Below are positions 13,347 to 27,516 of a DNA stretch of 64,000 nucleotides, one piece after another. The notes beneath the pieces were generated by a model, which did not search any database, was not told the DNA's origin, and saw nothing but the letters and a program-made list of their open reading frames with translations. The translations under genes and the position numbers were made by a program. Source of the DNA: Eledone cirrhosa (Eukaryota); NCBI GenBank assembly GCA_964016885.1, contig OZ024746.1, forward strand, positions 67,146,001-67,210,000. The letters run 5' to 3'. Positions within the stretch are counted from its first letter, which is position 1. Each line of letters starts with the position of its first letter.

Positions 13347-14414
13347 CTGTGTCTATGTCTGCGCCAGTGACTGTAAAAGGAAAACATTACACCAAACGAT
13401 ACAGTAAAATAAAGATATATATTAGTTTAATATTTGAAATAATAGTGAAAGAGTTTCAGCGGTTTAGACGTTAGACTTTTATCAGAGGATAGAACGAAAA
13501 ATCAAAGAATGAATAAAAAGATAAAAGTGAGTAAATAGAGGAAGACAGGGGAAATGACGTATGTAAATTCACGTACGTTCAGTTCGTCATTTGGGGGGAA
13601 AGCGTTTGTCTGAATGTATATTATATAGTAGAAAGATTTGAATGGGAGATAAATCTTCTGTGTTTTGAATGTAAGTGCGAGTGAGTATATGTGTGTTTTT
13701 GTGCATATGTGTGCGTGTATTTGGGTGCATATGTTCGTATGTTCGTATATGCATCAATCCGTGACAAAGCTGGTATCTCCGTTGGAATTGTGTAGGTGTG
13801 AGTATAGGCCAATTGACCTACGCAGGGAGCTTTACCTTAATATGTGAAATTCTGCTGACATATCCTGAGAAACAAACAAGAAAAATACTTGATAATGTGT
13901 TTAGTGAAAGGGAGACGGCGGCGAACATGATCATCGCTCTATCTCGTTAGTGTATGATCCGAAGAGAAACTACAGAACCTTAGGTACGAAGATACAGTGA
14001 TACAACTGCAAATGGATGAACTATGGTGTGTTAATTCACTGCGTGCTTGGAGAGGGAACGAGTTTTACAATCTCGTGTTTTCCGTGTACGTCTATTTCTT
14101 GTCCCTCCGACTATCACCCTATTTCGTTTTATATTCAATTACATCAATTCACTGAATGTCTTCGTTATTTTCTTTAGTTATTATCAAGCATATGGCCATT
14201 AAACTATGACGACTTTTTCTACCTTTGTATCAATCTAACTTCGGAATTCTATTGGGCTGTTTGCTTTGGTTCTAGTATTTTTTTGTTGTTGTTCTTGTCG
14301 GAAGATACATACATTTATGTACATAGATGAATGAATAGCTATAAGTAGACAATCAGTCTGCCAGATACATAGTCACAGATATGTATATACATATATATAT
14401 AAATATATATGTAT

Positions 14415-14640
14415 ACGTTATTCCGGGTTGAATCGGAGGTAACCACAGTAAGTAAGGTACTCAGTACATAGCAGAGTATAACAGATTTAATATAGATGAG
14501 ATTCTACAGGACTAGTACTGTTTCATTCTTTAGAAATCATCAGATATCTGGGTATCAAAAAATAAATTTGATACCCAGATTCCTGATGATTTCTAAAGAA
14601 TAAAACAGTTCTCGTCCTGTAGAATCTCATCTATATTAAA
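14415..14640 (-). mobile_element. Fold-back PLE-tail family F3 with hammerheads in both arms
   Basis: Inverted arms at ~14487-14560 and 14567-14640; unpaired tail to the left. HHRs at 14499-14549 (-) and 14577-14627 (+). Homologues at 36545-36645 and 39020-39473. Confidence 0.8.
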
Positions 14641-14664
14641 TATATATATATGTGTGTGTGTGTG

Positions 14665-14733
<69 letters not shown>

Positions 14734-14735
<2 letters not shown>

Positions 14736-14930
14736 CGAAGGAAATGTGGTAAGGAACCAGATGGACCATAACGCACCAAAGTACTCAATACTTAGGGTAG
14801 TAGAGTGGGTAATAGGAACGAGTAGGACCCCGACGGCTGAGCTCATGCCGTTTCGACGGCTCATTCTGCACTCAGAATTAGCCGTCGAAACGGCTTGAGC
14901 TCAGCCGTCGGGATCCTACTCGTTCCTATA
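14734..14930 (-). mobile_element. Fold-back PLE-tail family F2, copy 2
   Basis: Same sequence as 1855-2048 in opposite orientation; loop CACT at 14869-14872. Confidence 0.8.
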
Positions 14931-14986
14931 TATATATATATAGATATATATATATATATATAGTGAGAGAGAGAGAGAGAGTGAGA

Positions 14987-15041
<55 letters not shown>

Positions 15042-15624
15042 ACATATATAATATAGAAACGTAGATGAATAGATAGAAACATACATTCACAGATACATAG
15101 ATGGATTAATAGATATAGCGACAGACAAATGCATAGTTCCTTGCCAATCCACCACCCTCCATGGATCTATTTTAATAATACATGTAATTAGGCAATTGAA
15201 GGAAAAGTTCCACAAAGTAAATATCGCCTTTCTGTTATTGTAAATATTTCTTCTCCAAATCTTGAGTGAGTTTCTCTGAGTCGCATTTTATTTTTCAGTT
15301 AGTCTCATTCCGATTACCTCGAGTCTTGATTGTCTTCATTCTTTCGTTTCATGTCGTTTTACAGACACTATTCTCTCCAATTTATATTGAACATCAACGT
15401 CTTCTTTCTGCAGATCGAAATCGATTTAGTGTATCCTATGGTTGAAACATTCTGGATGTTTTTCACTAGATTTCACATATGTCCCCTATTCTCTACACTC
15501 CATCACTTCACTCACCAAGGCACTCAGATAGCTCATAATGAGTCATTAAGTTCCTTTTCTATGACGTATTACCTCTCTATTTATCTCCCTGTCTATTTAT
15601 ATATATATATATATATATATTTAA

Positions 15625-16980
15625 AAGAATAGAGGTGTAACACACGAGTTGTGATATATTAGTAAAAGGAAAAGAAAATGCTGACAAATTTTTTCCCAGT
15701 GAAAAATAGTTTAATTAGGAATAAGTAAAAATTGGTAATAAGTATTGGTTACTATTCAGTTTTAGTTTTAAGTTTTAACCGGTTGCGCATTTCTAATGCT
15801 TTTCAAAAATAATTTTGAGATAGAGCGCCCGTGATGTTTGCTCTAATCTGATCAGTTTTGGAAATTCTACCTGTTTTATGTGAAAAAAGTGGCTCCAGAG
15901 ATATTAAGATTCGGTTGGTTGTTGAATGTCACGTGAATGAGTACTATAAGTTTCGCGCCAATTTGTGTTGCAAAAATTCTTGTAGTCAAAACAATTTTGT
16001 GTGTGTGTGTGGATGGACCAGCATTTTTGTGATACTGGTAAAAATGGTGTACATTATTCGATATTTTCAGTAATTTGCAAAAACGATTCTCTCAAAAGAA
16101 CATCAAAAACATTAATAATAAAAGGGATGAAATGATGTATAGTATTGTCATAACATAATGTTGCAACACACACACACACACACATACACACATATACATA
16201 CACACACATATACACACACACATACACAGGCGTACACTAACATACAAACAGACATATATATACACACACGCACACTTCTCCGTATAAGACAAGAGCTGAA
16301 AAATATCTTTCAACATGTTAAAATATCCCCCACACACGTACAGACACATTCCTACTGACCGATCCCTCTACCACGAATTACTCTGCTACACACACACATA
16401 TTTGTCTTAATAGGCATCTGAACTGTTGACCTTTCAACATGACTGCAATTCACACACACACATCCCTACTGACCATTATCACAACAATGAACCTCTTTAC
16501 TACACACACACACACACACACACATATTTGTCTTAAAAGACATATTTTTCAGTGACTTCTCAATCAGGCGAAAAAGTACACTCTTCGACAAACCTACATT
16601 TGGCGCAAAATCAATTTTTAACATTCACGTGACCTCTACCGACCAATCAAAATTGTTTTGACTACAATAATTTTTGCAACACGAATTGGCGCGAAACTTA
16701 TAGTACTCATTCACGTGTCATTCAACAACCAACCAAATCTTAATACCTCTGGAGCCACTTTTTTCACATAAAACAGGTAGAATTTCCCAAACTGATCAGA
16801 TTAGGTCAAACATCTCAAAATTATTTTTGAAAAGCATTAGAAATGCGCAACCGGTAAAAACTTAAAACTAAAACTGAATACTAACCAATACTTATTACTA
16901 ATTTTTACTTATTCCTAATTAAACTATTTTTCACTGGGAAAAAATTTGTCACCATTTTCTTTTCCTTTTACTAATATATA
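15625..16980. mobile_element. 1.35-kb fold-back element with ~340-bp inverted arms
   Basis: 15655-16000 and 16648-16980 are reverse complements (estimated ~90% identical by eye). The arms contain an HHR-like motif (16824-16860) shared with the 27.1-kb palindrome. Flanked by (TA)n. Confidence 0.8.
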
Positions 16981-17000
16981 TATATATATATATATATATA

Positions 17001-17170
17001 ACAACAGTTACCATGCCGAGAATAATTGTTTCACCTTAAGTGGATCCGCATAAGGTGAAACAATTAATCTCGGTATGGTGAACTAACTGTTGTGTTACTA
17101 CTTCTACCAAACTCGTCCCATGGACTGAGTGCTCTACTACTACGGATATTACCTTCCAGTGTTCTACCTT

Positions 17171-17172
<2 letters not shown>
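17001..17172 (+). mobile_element. Small fold-back insertion in (TA)n
   Basis: ACAACAGTT..ACCATGCCGAGAATAATTGTTTCACCTTA pairs with TAAGGTGAAACAATTAATCTCGGTATGGT..AACTGTTGT across a 12-nt spacer, then an unpaired ~80-bp tail. Confidence 0.7.
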
Positions 17173-17249
<77 letters not shown>

Positions 17250-17252
<3 letters not shown>

Positions 17253-17362
17253 GTAATAATAAATGTGAAGACTAAAATCCGAAGAGGGCTCGATAAGTAT
17301 AATATATATATGAAAATATATAAAACCATAGAGCAAATATTTATTTTTAATCTGTTGTTTTA
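17250..17362 (-). mobile_element. PLE family C extreme 3' tail fragment
   Basis: Reverse complement of 53930-54040 (GAAGACTAAAATCC-AAGAGGGCTCGATAAG). Further copies at 30190-30290 and 46635-46715. Confidence 0.75.
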
Positions 17363-17544
17363 ATATGTTATTTATATATATATATATGGCAATACTGGAA
17401 TTTAATAATCAAAACCGTAGCGGTATGTCACATATCAAATCATATATTTTGTCTGATGAAAACGTACTGTACAATGAAATATACATTTTGATTATGAGAA
17501 TATTTCCATTTGTTAACATTTTGAATAATATTATATATATATAT

Positions 17545-18025
<481 letters not shown>

Positions 18026-19017
18026 ATCTTTGTTTTTGTTTTTGTTGTAGTTGTTGTTCTTTTATCTTTCCAATATTTCGGGATCTAAATGTCCCTTCTT
18101 CGGGGTTTCAAGGAACTTTCAGTGGATAATATTCCAATTTCCTTTCTGTGGGATTAAATTTTCATATATATATATGTGTATGTGTGAGTGTGTGTGTGTT
18201 CGTGTGTGTGTGCGTGTGTGAGTGTGTGTGTCTCAACTCAATACATGATATGTACTTCATGTTATTGACACCGGTATGATGAAAGGCAAGGATGAGTTTG
18301 ATATGATATCAACTTAGAATCTAAAGAGCCAGAACTTTTTATCCGAAGCTCTACCAATTCTACTCATCAACAATTCGGAATATTATTGATATACCATAAT
18401 TATTTTGTTAGTAAGGATATTTTGATTTTGGCAAATCATTTTATTTTCTCTTTATTTTCTCGTTTTTATCAATGAGAATATTTGGAATTTCTTTCTAATT
18501 TTACTCAAAATTGTTTCTTGAAATTTCGAATCTATTTATTGCTTAGTATTTTTAATGTTTTAAGAAAATGATTTTTCTTTAATCTTAAGTATATATATCC
18601 TACGTTATAGATTCAAATCTATTTAAATATATATTTTTGCTTTTGTTCGCATCTTTCCACCGTTCGGGCGTTTGATTGGTAAAGATGTAGGCAGCCTGTG
18701 TTTCAAAATTGATTTATATAACAATGCAAACATGTTCCTTCAACGGCATTGAATAGGCCAAAGGTAGATTAAGTTAACCGTTCCATATTTTATAGCCTCA
18801 AAAGATACAAGCCCCGAACCATTGAGTGAGATGGAGTAATTATTCATCATAAAACGGACGAAATTTAATACAGAGTATCAGTTTGTCTCGTACACTTCGG
18901 ATTATGCTATCTACTATTCAGAAAACTATTAGTAATATGAATGGATGATGAGATAAGTAAATTAATTTGGAGACAAGACTCCTCTCAGAAAAAAACAATG
19001 TAAATGTTGATTAACCT

Positions 19018-19112
19018 GTAGTAGTAGTAGTCTACTACTACTAGCAGCAGTAGTAGTAGTAGTAGTAGTAGTAGTAGCAGCAGCAGAAGTAGCAGCAGCA
19101 GCAGCAGCAGCA
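19018..19112. repeat. (TAG)n/(CAG)n trinucleotide tract
   Basis: Direct reading. Confidence 0.9.
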
Positions 19113-19830
19113 CTATCCCATACACGTAAGTATTCATATGGAAGAAAGAGTTTGCCTTTTGGGTCGAAGAAATATACTAAATTTTCATAAGAATCGTTGA
19201 TGATGGAAGCAGTTGATCTGGCAGAGAGCACGCACTATTTCAATGTTAACGTCCTCCAACATCCATTAATTGTTGACATTTCTATTGTTTTAGTGAATCA
19301 GGGCAAAGAAAATTATTAAAATTTAATGAAAGGAAAAACATAAAAGAAAGCAGCATTTCAACACAAAGATTGTATATTTCTTTATTCGGTTCTTAAAAGA
19401 AGAATGTATTTTTTATTGATCACAAAAAAATATAATAAATTGAAAAGTAAAAAAGAGAAAAATAATAATTAAAATGAGAAATTAAAAAAGAAAAACAATT
19501 CAACATATAATATATGAAATCAAACTGTTATAAAATTCAATGAATATTCAAGCTTCTTCTTTTTTGTACTTTGTTAATGCTATAATCGATGAAACCGAAT
19601 AAAATAATGTTTCAGCAGTTAGAAGCAAACCAGAATGTTATTGAGAGCAGTGTTGAGCTAGAAGGAAATACATTCTTCGGTTATAAATGATAACGTAGTT
19701 TGTTTGCTTTGGATTTCCAATGTGGAAATTTACTGGAAGAGTCATTATTTGATGAATTGTTGGTAAATATATAGTCAAAACATAGACCCACCCCGCCCAG
19801 ACGGATATATATATGCCTGACAACTATATT

Positions 19831-19867
<37 letters not shown>

Positions 19868-19872
19868 ATCTA

Positions 19873-19930
<58 letters not shown>

Positions 19931-19987
19931 TCTATATATACATATATATGTGTGTGTGTGTGTGTATGTGTGATTACATATACACGT

Positions 19988-20107
<120 letters not shown>

Positions 20108-21490
20108 TGACCACGTGCCCGCACCTTGTGCAGTCAGTTGTTGGGGTGCCACTCTAGACGTTTTCGTAGTCACCCGTCGCCTCTGGTCTGTATTTTTTGT
20201 CATGCGTAGATGGGTCTCGGTATATGATTGCTCCAGTTTTTAATGTTCTCAAACCAGGTTTTCCTTCGTATGCCTCTCCTTTGCCTATCAGGGCTGTGTC
20301 TGTTAAAACTGTTTGTTTTTTTTCCTCCATGTACGGGACGTGTAATAACCTCCTGAAGCATTTGTGCTCAGATGCCTGAATGTTTCGTTCCATGTCAGCT
20401 GTGAGATTCCAACTCTCACATGCATTCCAAAGAAACGAAGTCACCAAGGCTTGTTTGAAAACAGATGGAATTGCTTTTCCATGTGACATTCAGCGTTACA
20501 CTGGCAGAAATGCCCAGGCAGAGTCTTGTCAGTATGTTCTTTTGAGATCTGCCGTTTTTGGTCAGAGTGGATCCAAGGTACTTGAAGGAGACCACGTCTT
20601 TAGATCTTCCTAACTTCAGTATGATATTGGTTGCTATATTCTGATTATGACAATTAACCAGTATCTTGCTGTTTTCTGAGCTGATCTCCATTCCATAAGC
20701 TCCTGATATAATTTGCCGTCTGATAATGAGCTCCTAGACTTCTGCTTCACTGCGTCATAACAAATCGATGCCATCAGCAAATCGGAGGTTGGAAATGGTC
20801 CATCCTCCAATGGAAACAGAGGTGTGGAAGTTTTGGAGTATTTCATGCACGATCATTTTTAGGAAGATATTGAAAAGCACTGGAGAAAGAAAACAACATT
20901 GTCGAACTCCCACTGTTGTTCTGAAGAATACTCTCAGGTTTGTTAATGGAACTGCACTGAGTTGTCATACATGATTTATTTGAATGAGCTTGATGTCAAA
21001 GTTATTATCCTTCATCTCATTCCACAAACCGTCATGCCAAACACAGTCAGGAACTTTTCAAAAGTCAATGAAGTTACGTTAGAGGTCAGATTGGCGCTGC
21101 AGGTGTTTCTCGGTGAGATTTCTGATGTTAAATAGCGGCTCTGTTGTACTTCGTTTTCGTTTGAATCCTGTCTGTTCTTCTACCCTCCCCTTACGCCCGT
21201 TTAGATGAACTCTTAGCAATACTTTGCTGGGGAGACTAATTAGGCTGATTGTTCTGTAGTTCTGGCAGAATCTTAAGTTACCCTTTTTTGGAATGGGTAT
21301 CATCAGTCATTGCGTCCAGTCTTTTGGTCTAATTTTGTTTCCATATCTTCTGTCAGTTAACTATTAGTACCTTGATAGATTTTGACCCTCCATGTTTTTG
21401 GAGGTCTGATGAATATCATCGACGTTGTGGATCTACCATCTTTGAGCACGTGCACCACCTCTTCGATTTCCTCCTGGATAATTGGACTAT
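20108..21490 (-). mobile_element. RTE-clade LINE, decayed reverse-transcriptase and 3' region
   Basis: IPIPKKGNLRFCQNYRTISLISLPSKVLL, EEQTGF, degenerate (R)FADGID, SFKYLGSTLT, ACESWNL and EHKCFRRLLHVPY motifs spread across several frames. Confidence 0.9.
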
Positions 21491-22495
21491 CCTCAACTGT
21501 TTTGTACTTGATGGAATTATCCATGATGTTGTAATCGATGATATAGTAAAGAAACACCAGTTTAAATTGATATCACAAATTAGCATACCAATGGGATTTA
21601 GAATTTTATGTTTTACATATGTGGTGGAGTCGTCGAATTCCCAGACTTGAGAGGAAATAAAGACACTATGTATAATTCAACAATTTTCATTAGGCCGATA
21701 TTGTAGTAAACTTTCAACTACTGGGACCGTAACTTATAATTCACTATGGGAATTAGATTCAATGCAACACATTTTTACAGTGATAATTATAACATAGATA
21801 CAGACTATATCTCAACCACGTACATCTGTCTTCATGAAACTGCAAGTAGGATGACGTGATATGTACCGATACTATTATTAAATGTGATTAAATATGCCAG
21901 ACAAATATTACGAAAATGAAAATACTGATACACATTACATTGAATTCTTGAATAACTGAAACTCTAATGATTCTAAATCTTTGATATATCATTAGTCTAG
22001 AAAAATGTGCCATCTTATTTACATTTAATGAATGAAAAAACAAAATATGCATGCGATATAGAATACAGCATATTTTCTTAATACATGCAGTATTTGTATT
22101 TGAAAAATTCTAGTTAAATATGTTCCAAACTTATATCTCAAATCTCGTGCTGTGTCTGCTATGTAAAGAAAAACATATTTTACGGCCAATTGTCAGAAAC
22201 GGGTTATGGATTATCCTAATCTCTTACATTCAATTCCTCTTATGTAGTCCATCTAACCCTTCAAGGATGTCGAGTAAGCCTTTCACCAAATATATTCCAG
22301 TTGAGTTCAAACTATATATTTTAGATTATCGAATAAAACAGTTCGACTTGAGGTTTGATTAAATGTCCATGGTACATTTATTTCGATACGAATGTTGCAA
22401 GATTGAAGATTGAGAATAAGTTAAACTTGAATGGTGAGGCATTAATTCTAGAGTGTGATGTCGCACACTTCCAATTCATATAAAATGCAAAACCC

Positions 22496-22529
<34 letters not shown>

Positions 22530-25500
22530 GAATATGGAAGAGTCAGTGAAGCGTCGGTTAGCATCCAAAGGTTGTCAACGTTGCCTTGCATATATACAGG
22601 GTCAATAATTAATGGACTAGTCAATTATTCCTTCGACTATTTAGTATTTCTGCCTATCTAACACCCCTGTCTCATTGTTTATGTAATAGCCCTTAAGGTA
22701 TGAGAGACAAAATTGTAATTGTCAGCAGTTGATCTCAGAGAGGTTAACCTGAATATGATAAAGTGCACACAATCCTACACATAGAGCTGTGACAGATATT
22801 AATATTATATGCAAATGAACAATCATTGACTATAAAGTTGAAACACTAATTAAAGTGGTTTTTAAAATATCAAACAAGGCCACATCCGTGGTGGTATAAG
22901 GTCCCTACCTTCTCCTTTCCCACTTATTTCTGGGAGAGTTATGTGGGCATTTTCCTTTGAAGTTTAAGTGACATATATCTATTTTGGTCATAACGATATA
23001 TATTAAATTCGGTCATATAATAAGTGATCACATGGTATATGCTACTGATTACAACTGAAACTGTACATAGAAGTTTGACGTTCCAGTTCACGCTGATATT
23101 TTCGTGCTGTTATATTATCATTTCTTTTTCCTACTCTTTCTCTCTTGTTCCTCTCTTCTTTGGATCGTTCTTTCGATCTTCTTTTATATTGTTCTCGTCC
23201 TGTCTTTCTTATTTTTGTTGTTTTTGTTTGTCTTACGACAAATATATCTACGGCAATTGAGAAAATGCTACCTGGTATTTGTACCGGATCTTAAAGTTCA
23301 GTATTCAAATTCAGAGGGCTATATTTTGTCTCTCATCCTCCAGGCGTTGGTAAAATACAATTCCAGTAGACTGGTTGATTAATGGAATAGTTAATGCGTC
23401 GTATCAAACGTGTTGCTTGATTTGTTCTTACGTTTACCTTCAGAGTTCGAATCTTGTCGAGATATGTGCTTTGTATTTTGTCCTTCCGGAAATGCTAGAA
23501 TAATCTAACTGTCAAATTACCAAGATGCAGCCATATATCTTTCTATTTGTCACGTCATTTATGTTCCGGTAGGTCAATGGTACGTGAGTCATCGGAATAT
23601 ATGTAGCTGTTTGATATTTGCCGAGCAAGTAAATGCGAAAAGAGGGTAGAATATATTCTTCCGAAAGCGAATTGTGAGGAGCGGTCGAATTATAATTATT
23701 ATTATTTATTTGTTTATATGTTCATTACACTTCGTACTTCCTGTACAATCCACAGTTTATGACATGTGTGTTTGTTTTGTTTTTTTTTTGTTTTTTTCTC
23801 ACATCACCTAATTATAAATTTACTCTATGAAGAATCAACCTGTTACCTATCGAATGTAAACAATTGGATACATAATATGATTACATAAATCAATATTTGT
23901 ATTAATTTCTGGAACCCGTGTAAAACAATAAGTTTAGTTATTTGGTTTTCTTCAAGAAAATTACGTTGATGATATTCCTGATAACGATAATAATATTAAT
24001 ATTTATGACGTTGATAATAATAATAGTAATAGTAATGGTAATAACAACAACAATAACAAAAACAACAAAACAATTGTCATGATTTTAATGAAAATGATCA
24101 TATCACTTGGATAGATGTGTGACCCATTTTTGCAGGTGAAATTTTATAAATGTTGTTGGTATCTCTATACTAATTGAGTAATTATATTATTTCTTCCTAA
24201 GATAGAACGGATAAAACCAAATGGCAATAATTAGAACCCTAATAGCTATAAAGAGGGCTACTGTTAGTTTACGATAGGCATCACAATTGGTCACTTAACG
24301 TATGAAGATACACAGAGTGGTGACATTCGTCCTCTCTAGATATTATTCCTGACATTATTACGATGGTTTTAAAAAGTGAATTAACACAAAATCGTGGAAT
24401 ATTTTCTGCTCGGCGCTGCATCACTACATATTTGGGAAGCTATTATTATGATTGACGTTGCAACAAGCAGAAAAGCAAGAGATGTTTAAGATTCATATCT
24501 ATCTCAAGTCCACTAAATATATTGGCTTAAACCATATATGTTTACATGAGTTTAAATTTTCAAATTTTCACATTTGTTTAAAGTGTCTTGAACCATACAT
24601 GTTTACATGAGTTTAAAGTGACCTAAATCATACATGTTTACGTGAGTTTAAATATGCAAGCGTGATATTCTTGCTTCTCTAAGAGAATTAACAGCTTATT
24701 TGAAGTGAAGTTTCAAACAAAAATCAAATTTTTCTTTGAAATTACCTCTGCTCAAAAGGGCTACTCAAGACTGTTATACATTTGTTAGTTAATTCGACGA
24801 GTTTATAGACAATAACAATGAGTTTTGTTTACATTTATATATTTATACGGCATGAGTAGTACAATTTACATCAGTTGATTTCAACCAAGACATTGAAAAT
24901 CTTTTTCGAATTAAACTTACCGAAATCTTATGTTCTGTGTACATACATTTGTATGAGAGGTGTATAATATATTGATATGTCTCAGTGTATATATTATGGA
25001 AACAGATTCATTTTATTTTAGGTGCAGTAATGTAAATTTTGCAAAGGATTTAATCTAATTCTAGAAAGTTTCTGCTGTTCCAGTTATTTCTTCAAAACAA
25101 TGACTTTGACCTTTTGTGTCCATGGAATATCACGCGTTTGTAGCGGAGATGTAAAATCGGTGAAATTGATCCCAATATACATCTTGAATTATCAACTACA
25201 TACTCTCATTGGAAATGCTGGTAACACTCTATAATTTCCGGAGACTAAACATGATAAAAGATGTCAATTATTCAATATCCTGCTGATTTGTTTAACATAA
25301 TAATATGTCCCTTACGTATGATAATATGTACATATTACTTGAAGAAATATTTTTAAAATTGATATACGTTGAGTCGTGTGACTAATTCCCTGTTAGTGAC
25401 ACAGTGTTTATAATCTCTCACATGATATTCCAGTGAAACCTTTAGCGAGTCCATATTTAAATCGCCACATATCAATTCGTAAAAATAAGAATTCAGGTTT

Positions 25501-26087
25501 GCATCTTCTATTATTCACAACCAATATTTATCCGTATGTGTTGGCTCATTCCTTTACGTAAAAAAAGCAACTAACCAATTTTGAACTGCTTGTTTTTCAG
25601 TTGGTGGATTAACCCCTCTCAGTGACGAATACAATGTTTGTTTTATGATTTCTCCGATACAAGTTATGTCTTATCTCATAACATCCACTCTCTATTAACA
25701 TTGATCTTGGGGTTTTTATACAGAAATCGATCAGAAATCAGCATCTTAATGGTCATGATTTGCTTCGAAAAGCTAACTATTTTGATTAGCATGAACCGAT
25801 TTTCCTGTAAATTGCTGATCTTTTTTTAAAAATCTATCCACATGTCACTTTCAAACATTACAGCTCTACCTTCGATTAACCATGAAAATCACATCACAAG
25901 CGTATTGAAGAGAAATGTTATGAATAAGTTCCCATTTAAATTACAGCGTACATTTATCTTTTGAATTCAAATCACACTATGGTGACTTCAAAAATCAATA
26001 AAATGAGGACCAGTAAGGTAGTGGAATAGTTTTACTTGAATATACCTCTCACAAATGATGGCGTTGTGTCTAAATTAGAAACCGCAA

Positions 26088-26096
26088 CTATTGTTG

Positions 26097-26166
<70 letters not shown>

Positions 26167-26180
26167 CATTATTATTATAT
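26088..26180. repeat. (ATT)n microsatellite
   Basis: Direct reading. Confidence 0.95.
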
Positions 26181-26950
26181 CCATTGAGCTCCACAACATG
26201 TGTGGTAATATCACGCCTGGGTACGTCATCTACATAATCAAATTTAGATATTTTCGTATACATATTGATACGAGAGTATTAGTGTTTTACGCAAACGCCT
26301 TTTATATATATATACCAAAGAGGTTAGCCCGAAACGTCAGTAATAAATGCTTTTTACTAAATTATATTTGCCTCCATACACCATCATTATTCTCATTCAT
26401 TTAATTCCACGAATATTTATGACGGCGTGTCAGAGTCAACAATTTATCCTCAAAATGTTTCTTTTATCCATTATTATTTTTCAATTTGGTTGAATGATGC
26501 CTAACCTAAAAACGGCGATAATGATATGCAAAGCAAAAGCCTCAAGTAAAAACAAACACATAATAATTCTATACTCTTATACCATTTCCGTTGATCAAAT
26601 TATGCATAGACTGCTCTATACAAGTGACAACAGGTTATTGTCTGCCACCTGCTCAGTTTAGTATTATATACTCGTACATTCTAATGGTAACTTTTCCAAT
26701 TTGGGCGAACACCCAACTATGTTTCACATAACCAAGCAAAAGACAACCATCTCACTCTTTCTCTTCAGCTGTGCTCCATATACAATATTTCGCGTTGCAT
26801 TCACACTTCCATTTCTTTGCTCATTGACCATGCACACATCCTCCATACACACACAAATGATAAGCAGCACATTCTAAAAAATATATATTAATGAATTAAT
26901 AATATTGCATAGTAATAAATTAGTGATATAAAACATGTTTGATTTGTGTT

Positions 26951-27516
<566 letters not shown>

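Noticed and set aside
24530-24653. Three copies of AACCATACATGTTTACATGAGTTTAAA
   Set aside because: A small local duplication with irregular spacing and no further structure.
26320-26350. GAGGTTAGCCCGAAACGTCAG as a hammerhead; also CTGATGA..GAAA at 17453-17480
   Set aside because: CUGANGA is missing in the first, and the stems and NUH are poorly formed in the second. Probably decayed PLE tails, but unsupported.
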